A stretch of 64,000 nt of DNA, taken from assembly GCA_039804665.1 (NCBI GenBank), contig JBDLVU010000001.1, positions 11,648 to 75,647 of the forward strand, given 5' to 3'. The stretch's first letter is position 1. Every line of letters begins with the position of its first letter. The DNA comes from Pseudomonadota bacterium. Lineage in GTDB: Bacteria; Pseudomonadota; Alphaproteobacteria; Sphingomonadales; Sphingomonadaceae. The translations under genes were made by a program, and so were the position numbers. Below are positions 19,028-29,018 of this stretch, one piece after another. Below the pieces are notes generated by a model that saw nothing but the letters and a program-made list of their open reading frames with translations, did no database searches and was not told where the DNA came from.

Positions 19028-20770
19028 ATGAACGACATCCTCATCAGCAACGGCACCGTTGTGGACGGGACCGGCGCACCGCCGTTCAAGGCCGACGTGC
19101 GCGTGCGCGACGGCGTGATCGTGGAAGTGGGCCAGGGGTTGGCCTCGCAGGGCGAGCGCGTGTTCGACGCCAGCGGCTGCCAGGTGACGCCCGGCTTCAT
19201 TGAAAGCCACACGCACTATGACGGCACGATGTGGTGGCAGCCCGATCTCGATCCGCTGCCCGGCTATGGCGCGACCACGATGATCCTTGGCAATTGCGGC
19301 TTTTCGCCCGCGCCGCTGCACAAGTACATGCCCGCGCAGCGTGAGATGATCGGCATCTTTTCGTTCTTCGAGGATATCCCGGAAGGCCCGTTCATGACGA
19401 ACCTGCCGTGGGACTGGAACAAGTGGTCGGAATATCGCGCCTCGTCCGAACGCAACGTGCGCGTGCCGCTGAACTATGCGGCGTATGTCGGCCACATCGC
19501 CATCCGCCTTGCCGCGATGGGCGTGGACGCGTGGGAACGCGAAGCGACCGCAGACGAAATCGCCAAGATGGCCGAACTGCTCGACGACGCGCTGGCAGCG
19601 GGCGCGCTGGGCCTTTCGGACAACATGCACGATCATGACGGGCAGAACCGTCCGGTGCCCTCGCTGAAGGCCAGCGATGCCGAATTTTCCGCGCTGTTCG
19701 ACGTGATGGAGAAGTATCCGGGCTGCTGCTATCAGGTGATCGTCGACACCTTCATGCGGATGACCGGCCCGGCCAACCTTGAACGGCTGTCGCACCTGCT
19801 CGCCGGGCGGAAGATCAAGTGCCAGATCGCCGGCGCGATCCCCACGCTCGATTTCCAGAAGGGCATTCTGCCCGCGATGCAGGAATCGGTGCGCAAGATG
19901 CGCGAAGCCGGGGTGGACGTGTGGCCGGGCTTTGCCCACGTTTCGCCCACCTCTACGCTCAGCCTCGTCAAGTCGCTGATCTTCGCGCAGTCCAACGACT
20001 ATGTCTGGCACGAAGTGGTGCTGGAAGACGATCATGCCAAGAAGGCCGCCCTGCTGGCCGATCCGGCATGGCGTGCCCGGGCGCGCGAAAGCTGGGATAC
20101 CAAGGCGTGGGATCATTCCCCGCTGAAGAACCCGCAGGAGTTGTTCCTGCTCGACAGCGAAAACGGCACGGGTCCGCTCAATATCACGCTCAAGGAATAT
20201 GCCGACAGCGTTGGCCTGCATCGTTCCGACGCAATGGCCGACTGGATCATCAAGAACGGCACGCGTTCCACCGTGCACATGGCGCCGTTCCCCAAGGACG
20301 AGGGACTGACGCTGGAACTGATGCTCGACCCCAGGACGGTGGGCAACATCTCGGACGCCGGCGCGCACCTGCAGATGCTGTGCGGCGGGGGCGAGAACGC
20401 GCTGCTGCTGACGCAATACGTCCGCGATGAAAAGAAGCTGTCGCTGGAACAGGCCGTGCACGTGATGACCGGCAAGCTGGCGCAGCACTTCAACCTCAAC
20501 GATCGCGGCGTGATCGCGGTGGGCAAGCGCGCCGACATCGCGGTGTTCAACATGGACGAGATCCAGCGCCGCGAAATGGAAAAGGCGTTCGACGTGCCCG
20601 ATGGCAAGGGCGGCACTACCTGGCGCTTTACCCGCAAGGCGATGCCGACACGGCTGACGCTGGTGAACGGCGTGCCGACCTTTGAAAACGGCGCCTATAC
20701 CGGCGCGACGCCGGGCGAGTTCCTCTCACCCGCCAACGACGAGGCTGCCTTGGCCGAAGCGGCGGAATAA
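19028..20770 (+). CDS. N-acyl-D-amino-acid deacylase family amidohydrolase
   Basis: VTPGFIESHTHYD, GNCGFS, SDAGAH, DRG.IAVGKRADI. Confidence 0.85.
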   Translation: MNDILISNGTVVDGTGAPPFKADVRVRDGVIVEVGQGLASQGERVFDASGCQVTPGFIESHTHYDGTMWWQPDLDPLPGYGATTMILGNCGFSPAPLHKYMPAQREMIGIFSFFEDIPEGPFMTNLPWDWNKWSEYRASSERNVRVPLNYAAYVGHIAIRLAAMGVDAWEREATADEIAKMAELLDDALAAGALGLSDNMHDHDGQNRPVPSLKASDAEFSALFDVMEKYPGCCYQVIVDTFMRMTGPANLERLSHLLAGRKIKCQIAGAIPTLDFQKGILPAMQESVRKMREAGVDVWPGFAHVSPTSTLSLVKSLIFAQSNDYVWHEVVLEDDHAKKAALLADPAWRARARESWDTKAWDHSPLKNPQELFLLDSENGTGPLNITLKEYADSVGLHRSDAMADWIIKNGTRSTVHMAPFPKDEGLTLELMLDPRTVGNISDAGAHLQMLCGGGENALLLTQYVRDEKKLSLEQAVHVMTGKLAQHFNLNDRGVIAVGKRADIAVFNMDEIQRREMEKAFDVPDGKGGTTWRFTRKAMPTRLTLVNGVPTFENGAYTGATPGEFLSPANDEAALAEAAE

Positions 20771-20790
20771 GCCCCCCATACGCTCCCTCG

Positions 20791-20824
20791 GCGGGGGGTG
20801 GCCGACCTCTCCGGCACCCCCCGC
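20791..20824. other. Intercistronic GC-rich stem-loop
   Basis: GCGGGGGGT..GCCG / CGGC.ACCCCCCGC; no U-tract. Confidence 0.45.
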
Positions 20825-20865
20825 GCATTTGTGCCACGAGAAGCAGAATCAAGAGGATGTCGACC

Positions 20866-21744
20866 ATGAGCGAAGCAAAAATCGGAGACGCCGACCGCGC
20901 CTATTTCAACGGTTCGATCAAGACCGTCACCACCGAAAGCTCGGTGCTGGTGAGTTCGTCGAAATACCTCAACCATGGGCCGCTTCGCGCGCTGATCGCG
21001 CAGGAAATGCTGCGCCGCAACGGACCGGACCTGCCCAACACTGCCTATATCCCCGAAGTCGCGCAGATCCTGCACGACCTTGAGGACATGCCCCGCGTCA
21101 TCGAACTGTTCGAGATGGAAAAGGCGCGGCTGCCGCTGTTTGCGAAATGGCTGGGAAAGCGCAGCCTGTCCAACTTCACGCTTGAGGAAACGAAGCATTG
21201 CGCGCCGGGCACGCTGGGCGCGGCGATCCACGATTTCATGGCGAATTCGGGCTATCAGCTCGACCTGTTCTTCCAGGAAATCCAGGTCGTCAACGACTTC
21301 ACTTTCTACCTGCGGCAGACCGCGCTGACCCATGACATCGAGCATCTGGTCAGCGGCTTTGGCCCCAACCACGGCGGCGAAGTGGCGCTGATCAACGCCA
21401 ACATGCATGCCAAGTCGGTGTATTTCCACCCGGAACTCAGCAGCTTCTTCAACCGCATCGCCTATTACCTCAAGGCCAAGACGATCATGAAGGATGGCCT
21501 GTTCTATCCAGATGCGATGGTCGTCCACCTTGAGGCGGAATACATGGGCGCGCAGCAGGGCCGCGCGTGGAAGTACCCGCTGATGCTGGTCGACTGGCGC
21601 GAATACATCGACGTCCAGATCGCCGACATCCGCAAAGAGCTGAACATCACCCCGGTGGTCGACGATCGCTGGGACCTGACCAACCGGCTCTGCAACGAAG
21701 ACGACCCCCATTACGGCGAACCGCTGATGGAGGCCGCAGAGTGA
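20866..21744 (+). CDS. Coq4-like metalloprotein (paralog 2)
   Basis: APGTLG, THDIEH-x11-E, DWREY....IADIRKELNI. Confidence 0.75.
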   Translation: MSEAKIGDADRAYFNGSIKTVTTESSVLVSSSKYLNHGPLRALIAQEMLRRNGPDLPNTAYIPEVAQILHDLEDMPRVIELFEMEKARLPLFAKWLGKRSLSNFTLEETKHCAPGTLGAAIHDFMANSGYQLDLFFQEIQVVNDFTFYLRQTALTHDIEHLVSGFGPNHGGEVALINANMHAKSVYFHPELSSFFNRIAYYLKAKTIMKDGLFYPDAMVVHLEAEYMGAQQGRAWKYPLMLVDWREYIDVQIADIRKELNITPVVDDRWDLTNRLCNEDDPHYGEPLMEAAE

Positions 21745-21807
21745 CGGCCGGCTTGGGTGCGCACGGCACCCCCACGGCATGATGCATCCGGATACCACCT
21801 GAAATGC

Positions 21808-21849
21808 AGCGGGCGGCCCGGGCTTTTTTCAAGCCCGAGGCCGCCCGCT
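21808..21849. other. Intercistronic stem-loop before the TonB receptor gene
   Basis: AGCGGGCGGCC-CGGGCTT / AAGCCCG-A-GGCCGCCCGCT. Confidence 0.45.
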
Positions 21850-21919
21850 CGCGTCCTGCGCATCCGCGACAAACGCGGAGCGCGGGCACAACGATAACGA
21901 CGACGGGAGAGAGAAAAGC

Positions 21920-24364
21920 ATGACACAGGCAAGCATCCGCGCCCATCTTGCGCGTACCACCATCCTCGCTGCGGGGCTGGTCCCCGCCTTGCTGGCTGCC
22001 GCACCGGCCCGCGCCGCCGAGGCCGCACCCGAGGCCGCGCCCGCGCCGCAATCGCACGGCAGCGACTCCCAGGTGCAGGAAATCATCGTGACCGCGCAAC
22101 GGCGCGAGGAAAGCCTGCAAAAGGTGCCGGTGGCCGTTACCGCCATCAGCAGCGCGCAGCTGGAAAACCTGCGCGTAACGAGCGTGCGCAACCTTGCCGG
22201 GCTGGCGCCGAGCTTGCAGATCAACTCGCAAGGGATGCAGTCCAACCCGACCATCATCATTCGCGGCGTCGCATCGGGCGCGTCGAGCAACTCGGTCGAC
22301 CCCAAGGTCGGGATTTACATCGACGGCGTCTACATCGGCCGCGCGGTGGGTTCGCTGCTGGAGTTTGGCGACATCCAGCGAATCGAAGTGCTGCGTGGTC
22401 CCCAAGGCACGCTGTTCGGCCGCAACGCCACATCCGGCGCGATCAGCGTGACGACCGCCGCGCCCAAGGGCGAATGGGGCCTGCGCGCTATAGCCTCTGT
22501 CGGCAACGACCACGCCTATCGCGGCAAGGTGGCGGTGGACCTACCGCAGATCGGGCCGTTTTCGGTGCGCCTGTCGTACCTGCACGACCAGATCCGGGGC
22601 GACGTGACCAACTTGCTGGCGGGCAAGGGGTTGAACATTTCTCTGCGCGCGCCCGAATTCGGCACGCAGCAGTTTGCATCGCGGCTGGGTGAGCGCAATG
22701 TCGACGGCGGGCAAGTGGCCGTGCGGGGCGAGTTCGGCAACCTGACCGCCGATTACCGCTTCGATTACACCGACACGCGCGCTTCGGGCCGGGCGATGCA
22801 GAACCTGGGCGTGATCCCGGATGCCTCGGGCCAGTTGCTGGCGCCGATCGTGGCGCTGCAACCCTATTTCGGAGGCATCACCAACTATGGCGTGACCGGG
22901 CCGCTCGATGCGGTTGCCGCCGCGACCAGCACCGAACACACCGTGACGCAGGGCCACAGCCTGACGCTGACGCTGCGCGCGAGCGATCACTTCACGATCA
23001 AGGCCATCACCGCCTACCGCAAGTTCCGGCAGGACCCGGTGATTTTCGACCTTGGCGCGGCGGGCGGCCTGCGCTTTACCTTCCAGCAGCTGGGCGCGCT
23101 GATCACGCCGGGCCTGACTCCGGAACAGATTCAGGCGGCGCTGTTCAACCCGGCCAACGTGCCCGGGCCGAACGACTACTTCTTCCCGCTGCTGACCGCG
23201 CGCGCCACCAGCCAGACCCAGTTCAGCCATGAATTGCAGTTCCAGCTGTCCGACGATGCCTATCAGCTGACGGCCGGGCTGTTCTATTTCCACGAACGCT
23301 CGCCCGGCACCGAAGTGCTCGGCATTCTTGAACCAACGCCTTCGGCCACGGTGGTGCCGAGTTTCTTCGATTCCATCTTCGGCAGCGGCATCACCCGTAC
23401 GGTGGGGCGCAACAACAGCTTTGCCGGCTATGGCCAGCTGACCTGGCACCTGACCGACACCTTCGACCTGACCGGCGGCCTGCGCGGCACGATCGACGAC
23501 CGCGAATTGCTGATCTCGGCCATCTCGGGCGCACAGGGGGGATCGCTGGGCGTTGGCGACTACAAGGTTTCGTACAAGAAACTGACCTACACCGGCATTG
23601 CCACGTGGCGGCCGACACCCGACACCACGCTGTTTGCCAAGATCGCCACGGGCTATGTCTCCGGCGGCATTCTCAGCGGCATTCCCTATAAGCCTGAAAA
23701 CCTCACTTCGTACGAAGTGGGCGCCAAGACGCAGTTCCTCGACAACCGTGTGCGGCTGAACGTTTCAGCCTATTACAACGACTACAAAGACCTGCAGACG
23801 CAGAACTTCATCAACGGGAAGCAGTTCTTCGACAACGCCGGCAAGGCCAAGATCAAGGGCTTCGAGGCCGAAACCGATATCGTGCCGGTGCGCGGGCTGA
23901 CGCTTTCAGGCAGCCTTGCCTACACCGATTTCAGCTACAAGCAGTTCGTGCTGAACGGCGTGGACGTGGCATCGTTCGCGCGGCCGACGTACTTTTCGAA
24001 GTGGACCGCGCGCGCGGCGGCGCTTTACAACTCGCCCGAATTCACAAGCGGCGGAGCGCATGTCACCGCGTCGATCGAAGCGCGTTTCCGCAGTTCGTAC
24101 TACCTGACTTCAACGCCGCTGCGGAACATCCTGACAGGGCAGCCGGCGCTGGAGGACCAGAACCGGCAACCTTCGTACTGGCTGGTGAACGGGCGCCTTG
24201 GCATTGCCGACCTGCCCGTGGGCGGTGGCAAGGTCTCGCTGTCGGCGTTCGGCGACAACCTGTTCGACAAACGCTACATCAGCTTTGGCGCGCCGGTGCT
24301 GCTGTTCACCGGAAACTATGAACGAGGCCGCACGTACGGCCTGGAACTGAGCATGACGCTGTAA
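21920..24364 (+). CDS. TonB-dependent receptor
   Basis: Signal peptide, EIIVTAQRRE TonB box, IEVLRGPQGTLFGRNA, C-terminal RTYGLELSMTL. Confidence 0.95.
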   Translation: MTQASIRAHLARTTILAAGLVPALLAAAPARAAEAAPEAAPAPQSHGSDSQVQEIIVTAQRREESLQKVPVAVTAISSAQLENLRVTSVRNLAGLAPSLQINSQGMQSNPTIIIRGVASGASSNSVDPKVGIYIDGVYIGRAVGSLLEFGDIQRIEVLRGPQGTLFGRNATSGAISVTTAAPKGEWGLRAIASVGNDHAYRGKVAVDLPQIGPFSVRLSYLHDQIRGDVTNLLAGKGLNISLRAPEFGTQQFASRLGERNVDGGQVAVRGEFGNLTADYRFDYTDTRASGRAMQNLGVIPDASGQLLAPIVALQPYFGGITNYGVTGPLDAVAAATSTEHTVTQGHSLTLTLRASDHFTIKAITAYRKFRQDPVIFDLGAAGGLRFTFQQLGALITPGLTPEQIQAALFNPANVPGPNDYFFPLLTARATSQTQFSHELQFQLSDDAYQLTAGLFYFHERSPGTEVLGILEPTPSATVVPSFFDSIFGSGITRTVGRNNSFAGYGQLTWHLTDTFDLTGGLRGTIDDRELLISAISGAQGGSLGVGDYKVSYKKLTYTGIATWRPTPDTTLFAKIATGYVSGGILSGIPYKPENLTSYEVGAKTQFLDNRVRLNVSAYYNDYKDLQTQNFINGKQFFDNAGKAKIKGFEAETDIVPVRGLTLSGSLAYTDFSYKQFVLNGVDVASFARPTYFSKWTARAAALYNSPEFTSGGAHVTASIEARFRSSYYLTSTPLRNILTGQPALEDQNRQPSYWLVNGRLGIADLPVGGGKVSLSAFGDNLFDKRYISFGAPVLLFTGNYERGRTYGLELSMTL

Positions 24365-24371
24365 TGCCGCG

Positions 24372-24403
24372 TGGCCCCCGCCGCATGAACGCGGCGGGGG
24401 CCA
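24372..24403. terminator. Hairpin between convergent genes (likely bidirectional terminator)
   Basis: Perfect 13-bp stem TGGCCCCCGCCGC / GCGGCGGGGGCCA. Confidence 0.65.
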
Positions 24404-24412
24404 ATGCCGCCC

Positions 24413-25231
24413 TCAGGCGTATTCAGGCCAGGCGAGCGAAGCCTCACGGCTATCAAGGTCCACCGCACCGACGATGCCCAGCGCGGCCCGCGCTTCGGCC
24501 AGCGGCAGGTGGAACACGTCTTCGTACTTCGCCATGAAATAGGGGCCGGACTGCTCGCCCACATCCATGCCGCAACGGACCGCCCGCAAGGCAGTGGGGA
24601 ACGACTGGTGGTAGTGCAGCCCGGTGCGCGAAAGCAGCCGCAACGCGCCCAGCACCTGTCCCGGATTGACCAGACCGACCAGTTCCGCATCCAAAAAGCG
24701 GGGCAGGTTGCTCAGCCGCCCGAAATAGGGAACGAGTTCGCCAATAATGTCGAACCCGCCACCGCAGACGATGTGTTCCAGATCGTGCGTCTGGCCGCTG
24801 CGCAGCGAAAAGTACTGGAACTGGTTCTTCGGTTCGAAGCGCGGGACGATGTCGATCTCGAAGCCGTTGTCGCGCAGGTAGCTGCCGAAGATGTGGCCGA
24901 GCGATCCGGGCGGATTGGCGAGCAGGTCCGCCACGGTGAAGGTGGAGGAGAACCCTTCGGCAAACCAGCGGTCCAGTTCCGGCCAGCGCGTGCGCTCCTG
25001 CGTGAACAGTGCCTCGATCCGGTCGACATCGAACAGGTCGGCAAGGATCGCGTAAAGCTTGTGCGCGTCGAGCGTGGTCGGCGTGTCCTTGCCGCTCTTG
25101 CGCAGAAAGGCGCCTGCGAGCCAGTCGCGCAGGCGCGGATCAGTGAGATAGACCGACGAACTGATCAGGCTGGTGCTGTCGGTCGTCATCGGCCGCGCGC
25201 CGCGTGCCAGATAAGGCAGATCGTCCACCAT
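24413..25231 (-). CDS. Coq4-like metalloprotein (paralog 3)
   Basis: PPGSLG, THDLEH-x11-E, KYEDVFHLPLAEARAALG; AGGAG RBS. Confidence 0.75.
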   Translation of the reverse strand: MVDDLPYLARGARPMTTDSTSLISSSVYLTDPRLRDWLAGAFLRKSGKDTPTTLDAHKLYAILADLFDVDRIEALFTQERTRWPELDRWFAEGFSSTFTVADLLANPPGSLGHIFGSYLRDNGFEIDIVPRFEPKNQFQYFSLRSGQTHDLEHIVCGGGFDIIGELVPYFGRLSNLPRFLDAELVGLVNPGQVLGALRLLSRTGLHYHQSFPTALRAVRCGMDVGEQSGPYFMAKYEDVFHLPLAEARAALGIVGAVDLDSREASLAWPEYA

Positions 25232-25244
25232 CGTTCGTCTCCTG

Positions 25245-27074
25245 TCAGGCCACTTGTTGCGCGAGTTCGCGGGCCAGATGCGCCGGCACGCGCACCGGCA
25301 TTTCAAGCAGGTGCTGGCCCATGCTCTTGGCCGCCGCGTCGAAACGCGGCGAAAGGTTGATCCCGCCGCCTTGCGCATCGTGCGCGACAAAGTTGATCGC
25401 GTGGGTGCCGGGCACGGCATAGGCATCGACGCGCGCCTGCGCCGGATCATCGAACAGGTGGCGATACCAATCGGCCACCGCGCCTTCGGTCAGGCTTAAG
25501 CGGATATAGGGCAGGTATTCCGCCCGCCGCGCGATCACGGCCACGTTGAACAGCCGCCCCTTGTCCCCGCTGCGCGCCCAGGCCAACCGGATCAGCGGCA
25601 CCTCTACCGCGCCCGCATCGGTGGCCGGCGATGTGGACGGACGCACGATCAGCGCCGGATCGAAGGCGGGGATGACCGGATCGGTAAAAGGAATTTCCTC
25701 GCCCTCGATCCGCACCGTGGCCGCCACCCGATCACGGTCGATCAGCGCGAAGAACATGCCCGTCAGCGGAAAGGCGCGCGGCGCGGCAATGATCGGCGCG
25801 ATGGAGGTGCCGACCGCCATGTTCATGATCGCGGTGGTCTGTTCGCGGCCGAACAGCGCGCACGCAGCAGGGTTTTGATGATCGACCACGATCTTCAGCA
25901 ACACCTCACGCGGGGCCAGCGCCTGCGCGCGAGGGCCATAGGCGGTTTCGGTGCCGATCACCTCGACATGCGTGGCGCTCCACGGCGCCCACCCGCGTTC
26001 TCGCAGCATGGCGGACGTGCGTTCCAGCAGCGCGTCGGCCTGTCGGCGCGCCTTGGCCACGGCGTCGATCCCCGTCACCGGGATCAGCGCGACCGACCGC
26101 CAACCCGCGTCATGGGTGGCGCAGACCTTCAGGCTGTCGGTAGCCGGGTAGCCGCGCGCGCCGGACACCCGAACGCGGTCCGCCCCGACCTGTTCGAGCG
26201 TGATTTCGCTGAAATCGCACACCACGTCGGGCACGATGTAGGCCTGAGGGTCGCCCACTTCGTACAGCAGTTGTTCTGCGATTGTGCCCACCGAGACCAG
26301 CCCGCCGGTCCCATCCGGCTTGGAGATGACCATGCTGCCATCGGCATGGCATTCGCCCACCGGGAAGCCGATGTTGGCCCAATCGGGCACATCCTGCCAA
26401 TCGGTGAAAGTGCCGCCGGTTGCCTGCGCCCCGCATTCCAGTAAGTGCCCGGCCACGGTGCCGGCGGCCAGCAGGTCCAGATCCTGTGCCGTCCAGCCGA
26501 ATTCGTGGATCAACGGTCCAAGGATCAGCGCCGAATCCACCACGCGCCCGGTAATGACCATGTCTGCCCCGGCATCAAGCGCGCGGGCGATGGGAAACGC
26601 GCCAAGATAGGCATGAATGCCAAGGTCGCCCGCCGGCAGCGCCATGCCGTTGTACATGTCGCGCAAACCCTCGGCCCGCAGCGCGGGCACAAGCGCTTCC
26701 ACGTCGTCACCCGTCACCGTGGCGATGCGCAAGTCCAGCCCCTGTTCGCGCGCCCGAGCGCGGATCAGGTTGGCCAGCCCTTCGGGGTTCATGCCCCCCG
26801 CATTGGCGACGACGCGGATGTTGCGCGCCTTCAGTTCGGCAAGGTACGGACCGACGTGGATATCGACGAAATCGGGCAGGAAGCCGGACGCGGGATCGGC
26901 CTGCTTCATCCGGCGAAAGATGCCCATCGCGCCTTCGCCCAAATAGTCGAAAGCGAGATAGTTCAGGTCCGGAACCTTGAGCAGCCCCGGCACGGCGATG
27001 GCGCTGTCGTTGAGCGCGCCACTGGCACCGCCGATGCGCACGACCTTGTCATGCCGGGGAGTGCCCATGGTCAC
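25245..27074 (-). CDS. Acyclic terpene utilization AtuA family protein (DUF1446)
   Basis: RIGGASG..ND, FDYLGE, NAGGMNP, YLGAFPI..AL..GA..VITGRVVD, GHLLECG.QATGG, ARSGDKG. Confidence 0.85.
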   Translation of the reverse strand: MTMGTPRHDKVVRIGGASGALNDSAIAVPGLLKVPDLNYLAFDYLGEGAMGIFRRMKQADPASGFLPDFVDIHVGPYLAELKARNIRVVANAGGMNPEGLANLIRARAREQGLDLRIATVTGDDVEALVPALRAEGLRDMYNGMALPAGDLGIHAYLGAFPIARALDAGADMVITGRVVDSALILGPLIHEFGWTAQDLDLLAAGTVAGHLLECGAQATGGTFTDWQDVPDWANIGFPVGECHADGSMVISKPDGTGGLVSVGTIAEQLLYEVGDPQAYIVPDVVCDFSEITLEQVGADRVRVSGARGYPATDSLKVCATHDAGWRSVALIPVTGIDAVAKARRQADALLERTSAMLRERGWAPWSATHVEVIGTETAYGPRAQALAPREVLLKIVVDHQNPAACALFGREQTTAIMNMAVGTSIAPIIAAPRAFPLTGMFFALIDRDRVAATVRIEGEEIPFTDPVIPAFDPALIVRPSTSPATDAGAVEVPLIRLAWARSGDKGRLFNVAVIARRAEYLPYIRLSLTEGAVADWYRHLFDDPAQARVDAYAVPGTHAINFVAHDAQGGGINLSPRFDAAAKSMGQHLLEMPVRVPAHLARELAQQVA

Positions 27075-27835
27075 ACAGCCCCTTCCGGAAAGGCGGAAAG
27101 CAGGGCTGCATCCACCAGTTGCGCCTGCCCGTTGACGCCCGCCGCGGCGGGGGAGAGCAGGAACAGCGCGACTTCGGCAATCTGCTGCGGCTCCAGCATA
27201 CCCTGATAGGCCGGCTGGCCAACCGCATCGGGCGCGACGATTTCGTTGCTCTGGTCAACACCGATCAGCGGCGTCTTCACCCCGCCCGGACAGATCGCGT
27301 TAACCCGCAGGCCGCGACGCGCGAAATCGCGTGCGGCCGAACGGACAAGGCCCAGCACGCCATGCTTCGAAGCGGAATAGGCCGCCGCGTCGGCAAAGCC
27401 GATCACCGCCGCCGCCGACGCGGTAACCACCGCCGCGCCGCCGGGACGCAGCCGCGCTTGCGCCTGCTGAAGGCCAAGAAACGCGCCCTTGAGGTTGATT
27501 GCGATCAGGCGGTCGAACGTCGCCTCGGTGACCTGATCGAAGGGAACGTAAGGTTGCAGCACGCCGGCGTTGAGAAAGGCAGCGTCCAGTCCGCCAAAGG
27601 CTTGCTCTGCCGCATCGAACACGGCCGCATTGTCGGCCGCCTGCGAAACATCGCCCGCCAGCGCGATGGCGGTTCCGCCGCTGGCGACGATCCGCGCCGC
27701 GATGGCTTCCGCCCCGGCAAGGTTGATATCCACCACTGCAACGCTGGCGCCTTCGGCGGCAAGCCGCTGCGCCGCCATGGCGCCGATGCCCGATCCGCCG
27801 CCGGTGACCAGCGCCGCCTTGCCCTTGAAATTCAT
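27071..27835 (-). CDS. SDR family oxidoreductase
   Basis: TGGGSGIG, LNAG, YSASKHG. Confidence 0.9.
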   Translation of the reverse strand: MNFKGKAALVTGGGSGIGAMAAQRLAAEGASVAVVDINLAGAEAIAARIVASGGTAIALAGDVSQAADNAAVFDAAEQAFGGLDAAFLNAGVLQPYVPFDQVTEATFDRLIAINLKGAFLGLQQAQARLRPGGAAVVTASAAAVIGFADAAAYSASKHGVLGLVRSAARDFARRGLRVNAICPGGVKTPLIGVDQSNEIVAPDAVGQPAYQGMLEPQQIAEVALFLLSPAAAGVNGQAQLVDAALLSAFPEGAV

Positions 27836-27866
27836 CACTTGCTCTCCCGTGTTCCTGTAAAATGCT

Positions 27867-28985
27867 TCAGGCCAGACTGGCGACGCTGGCCAGCAGGATA
27901 CGGACAAGGTCCGCCTGCCCGCGCGCGCCGGTCTTGGCGTAGACGATCTTGGAATAGCCGCGCGCGGTCTGCTCGGTGATGCCCTGCTCCACCGCAGCCT
28001 CGGCAATGGTGCGACCGCGCGTGAGCGCGAGGCTGAGCCGGGCCTCGCTAGCGGTCAGGTCGAACAGCTGGATGAATTGCTCCACCCGGCTCGCCCGCGT
28101 TTCCCGGTCGCCGTGAAGGTAGGCCGTCGCCACGGGCCGGGCCGGACCTGACAACACGTGATCGCCGGCGGGGCGCAGGAGCATGTCCAGCCATGGATCG
28201 TCGGACAGGCGCACCGCGCGCGGACGCGCCAGCGGATCGGCAGCAAAATCGCGCAGCGCGGCATCCAGACGCCGCGCCGCTTCGCCCAAGCGGGGCAGCA
28301 ACCGTCCATTCGCTCCGATGCGCAAGGCATCGCAATGGCGCAGCAGTTCGTCGGCGCGACTGTCACGATCGAGAACCTGCCCCCGCGCATCCAGTCGCAA
28401 CCAGCCGAAGTTGAGCCGGCGCACCGCTTCGCCGCTGATCCCCGCGCGCACGCGTTCGCGCTCAAGTTCGGCGTAAAGCCGCAGCGAGATGGCAAGGTGC
28501 GGCGCCAGCCGGGCGAGCACCGCGCTGTCGGCGGCGGTGAAATCACGCGTGCCCCGCCAGATCATTAGAAACGCGTTGTAGCCGCCGGGCGTGGTCACCC
28601 GCATGATCCGCTGGAACTGGCGCCGCCCGGGGATCAGGAATTCGCGCAAGTAGCGCGCGTGCCGTTCGTTGCCCGGGGTGATGAACTCGGCCATCGCATA
28701 GACCTGACCCGAGCGCAGATCGTCATAGGGAACCGGATCGAGTTCGTGAAAGCCGGTCTTGTATGCCGGCAAAAGATCCAGCTGCGCTGCCCCCACCGAA
28801 ATCTCGGTGGAGTCCGTGATATGCGCGTCGCCCTGCCGAAAGAAGAAGCCGCAGAAATCGGCGCCCACGCAAAACCGCAGTCGTGCGAGAAAGGCCTGCC
28901 ACGGCGGGGTTTCCAGCGGCCCCGCATGCAGGCTGGTCAGCAGGTCGTCGTGCGCGACCGGAAGCGGGGCGTGCGCGCCTGTCAT
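27867..28985 (-). CDS. LuxR-type HTH regulator with N-terminal sensor domain
   Basis: C-terminal LTASEARL..AL..G.TI.EAA...GI...TAR..SK.VYAKTG..GQADLV. Confidence 0.85.
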   Translation of the reverse strand: MTGAHAPLPVAHDDLLTSLHAGPLETPPWQAFLARLRFCVGADFCGFFFRQGDAHITDSTEISVGAAQLDLLPAYKTGFHELDPVPYDDLRSGQVYAMAEFITPGNERHARYLREFLIPGRRQFQRIMRVTTPGGYNAFLMIWRGTRDFTAADSAVLARLAPHLAISLRLYAELERERVRAGISGEAVRRLNFGWLRLDARGQVLDRDSRADELLRHCDALRIGANGRLLPRLGEAARRLDAALRDFAADPLARPRAVRLSDDPWLDMLLRPAGDHVLSGPARPVATAYLHGDRETRASRVEQFIQLFDLTASEARLSLALTRGRTIAEAAVEQGITEQTARGYSKIVYAKTGARGQADLVRILLASVASLA

Positions 28986-29018
28986 CCGCCGCCTCCTGTC
29001 GCGTCGCGCATCACGCCC

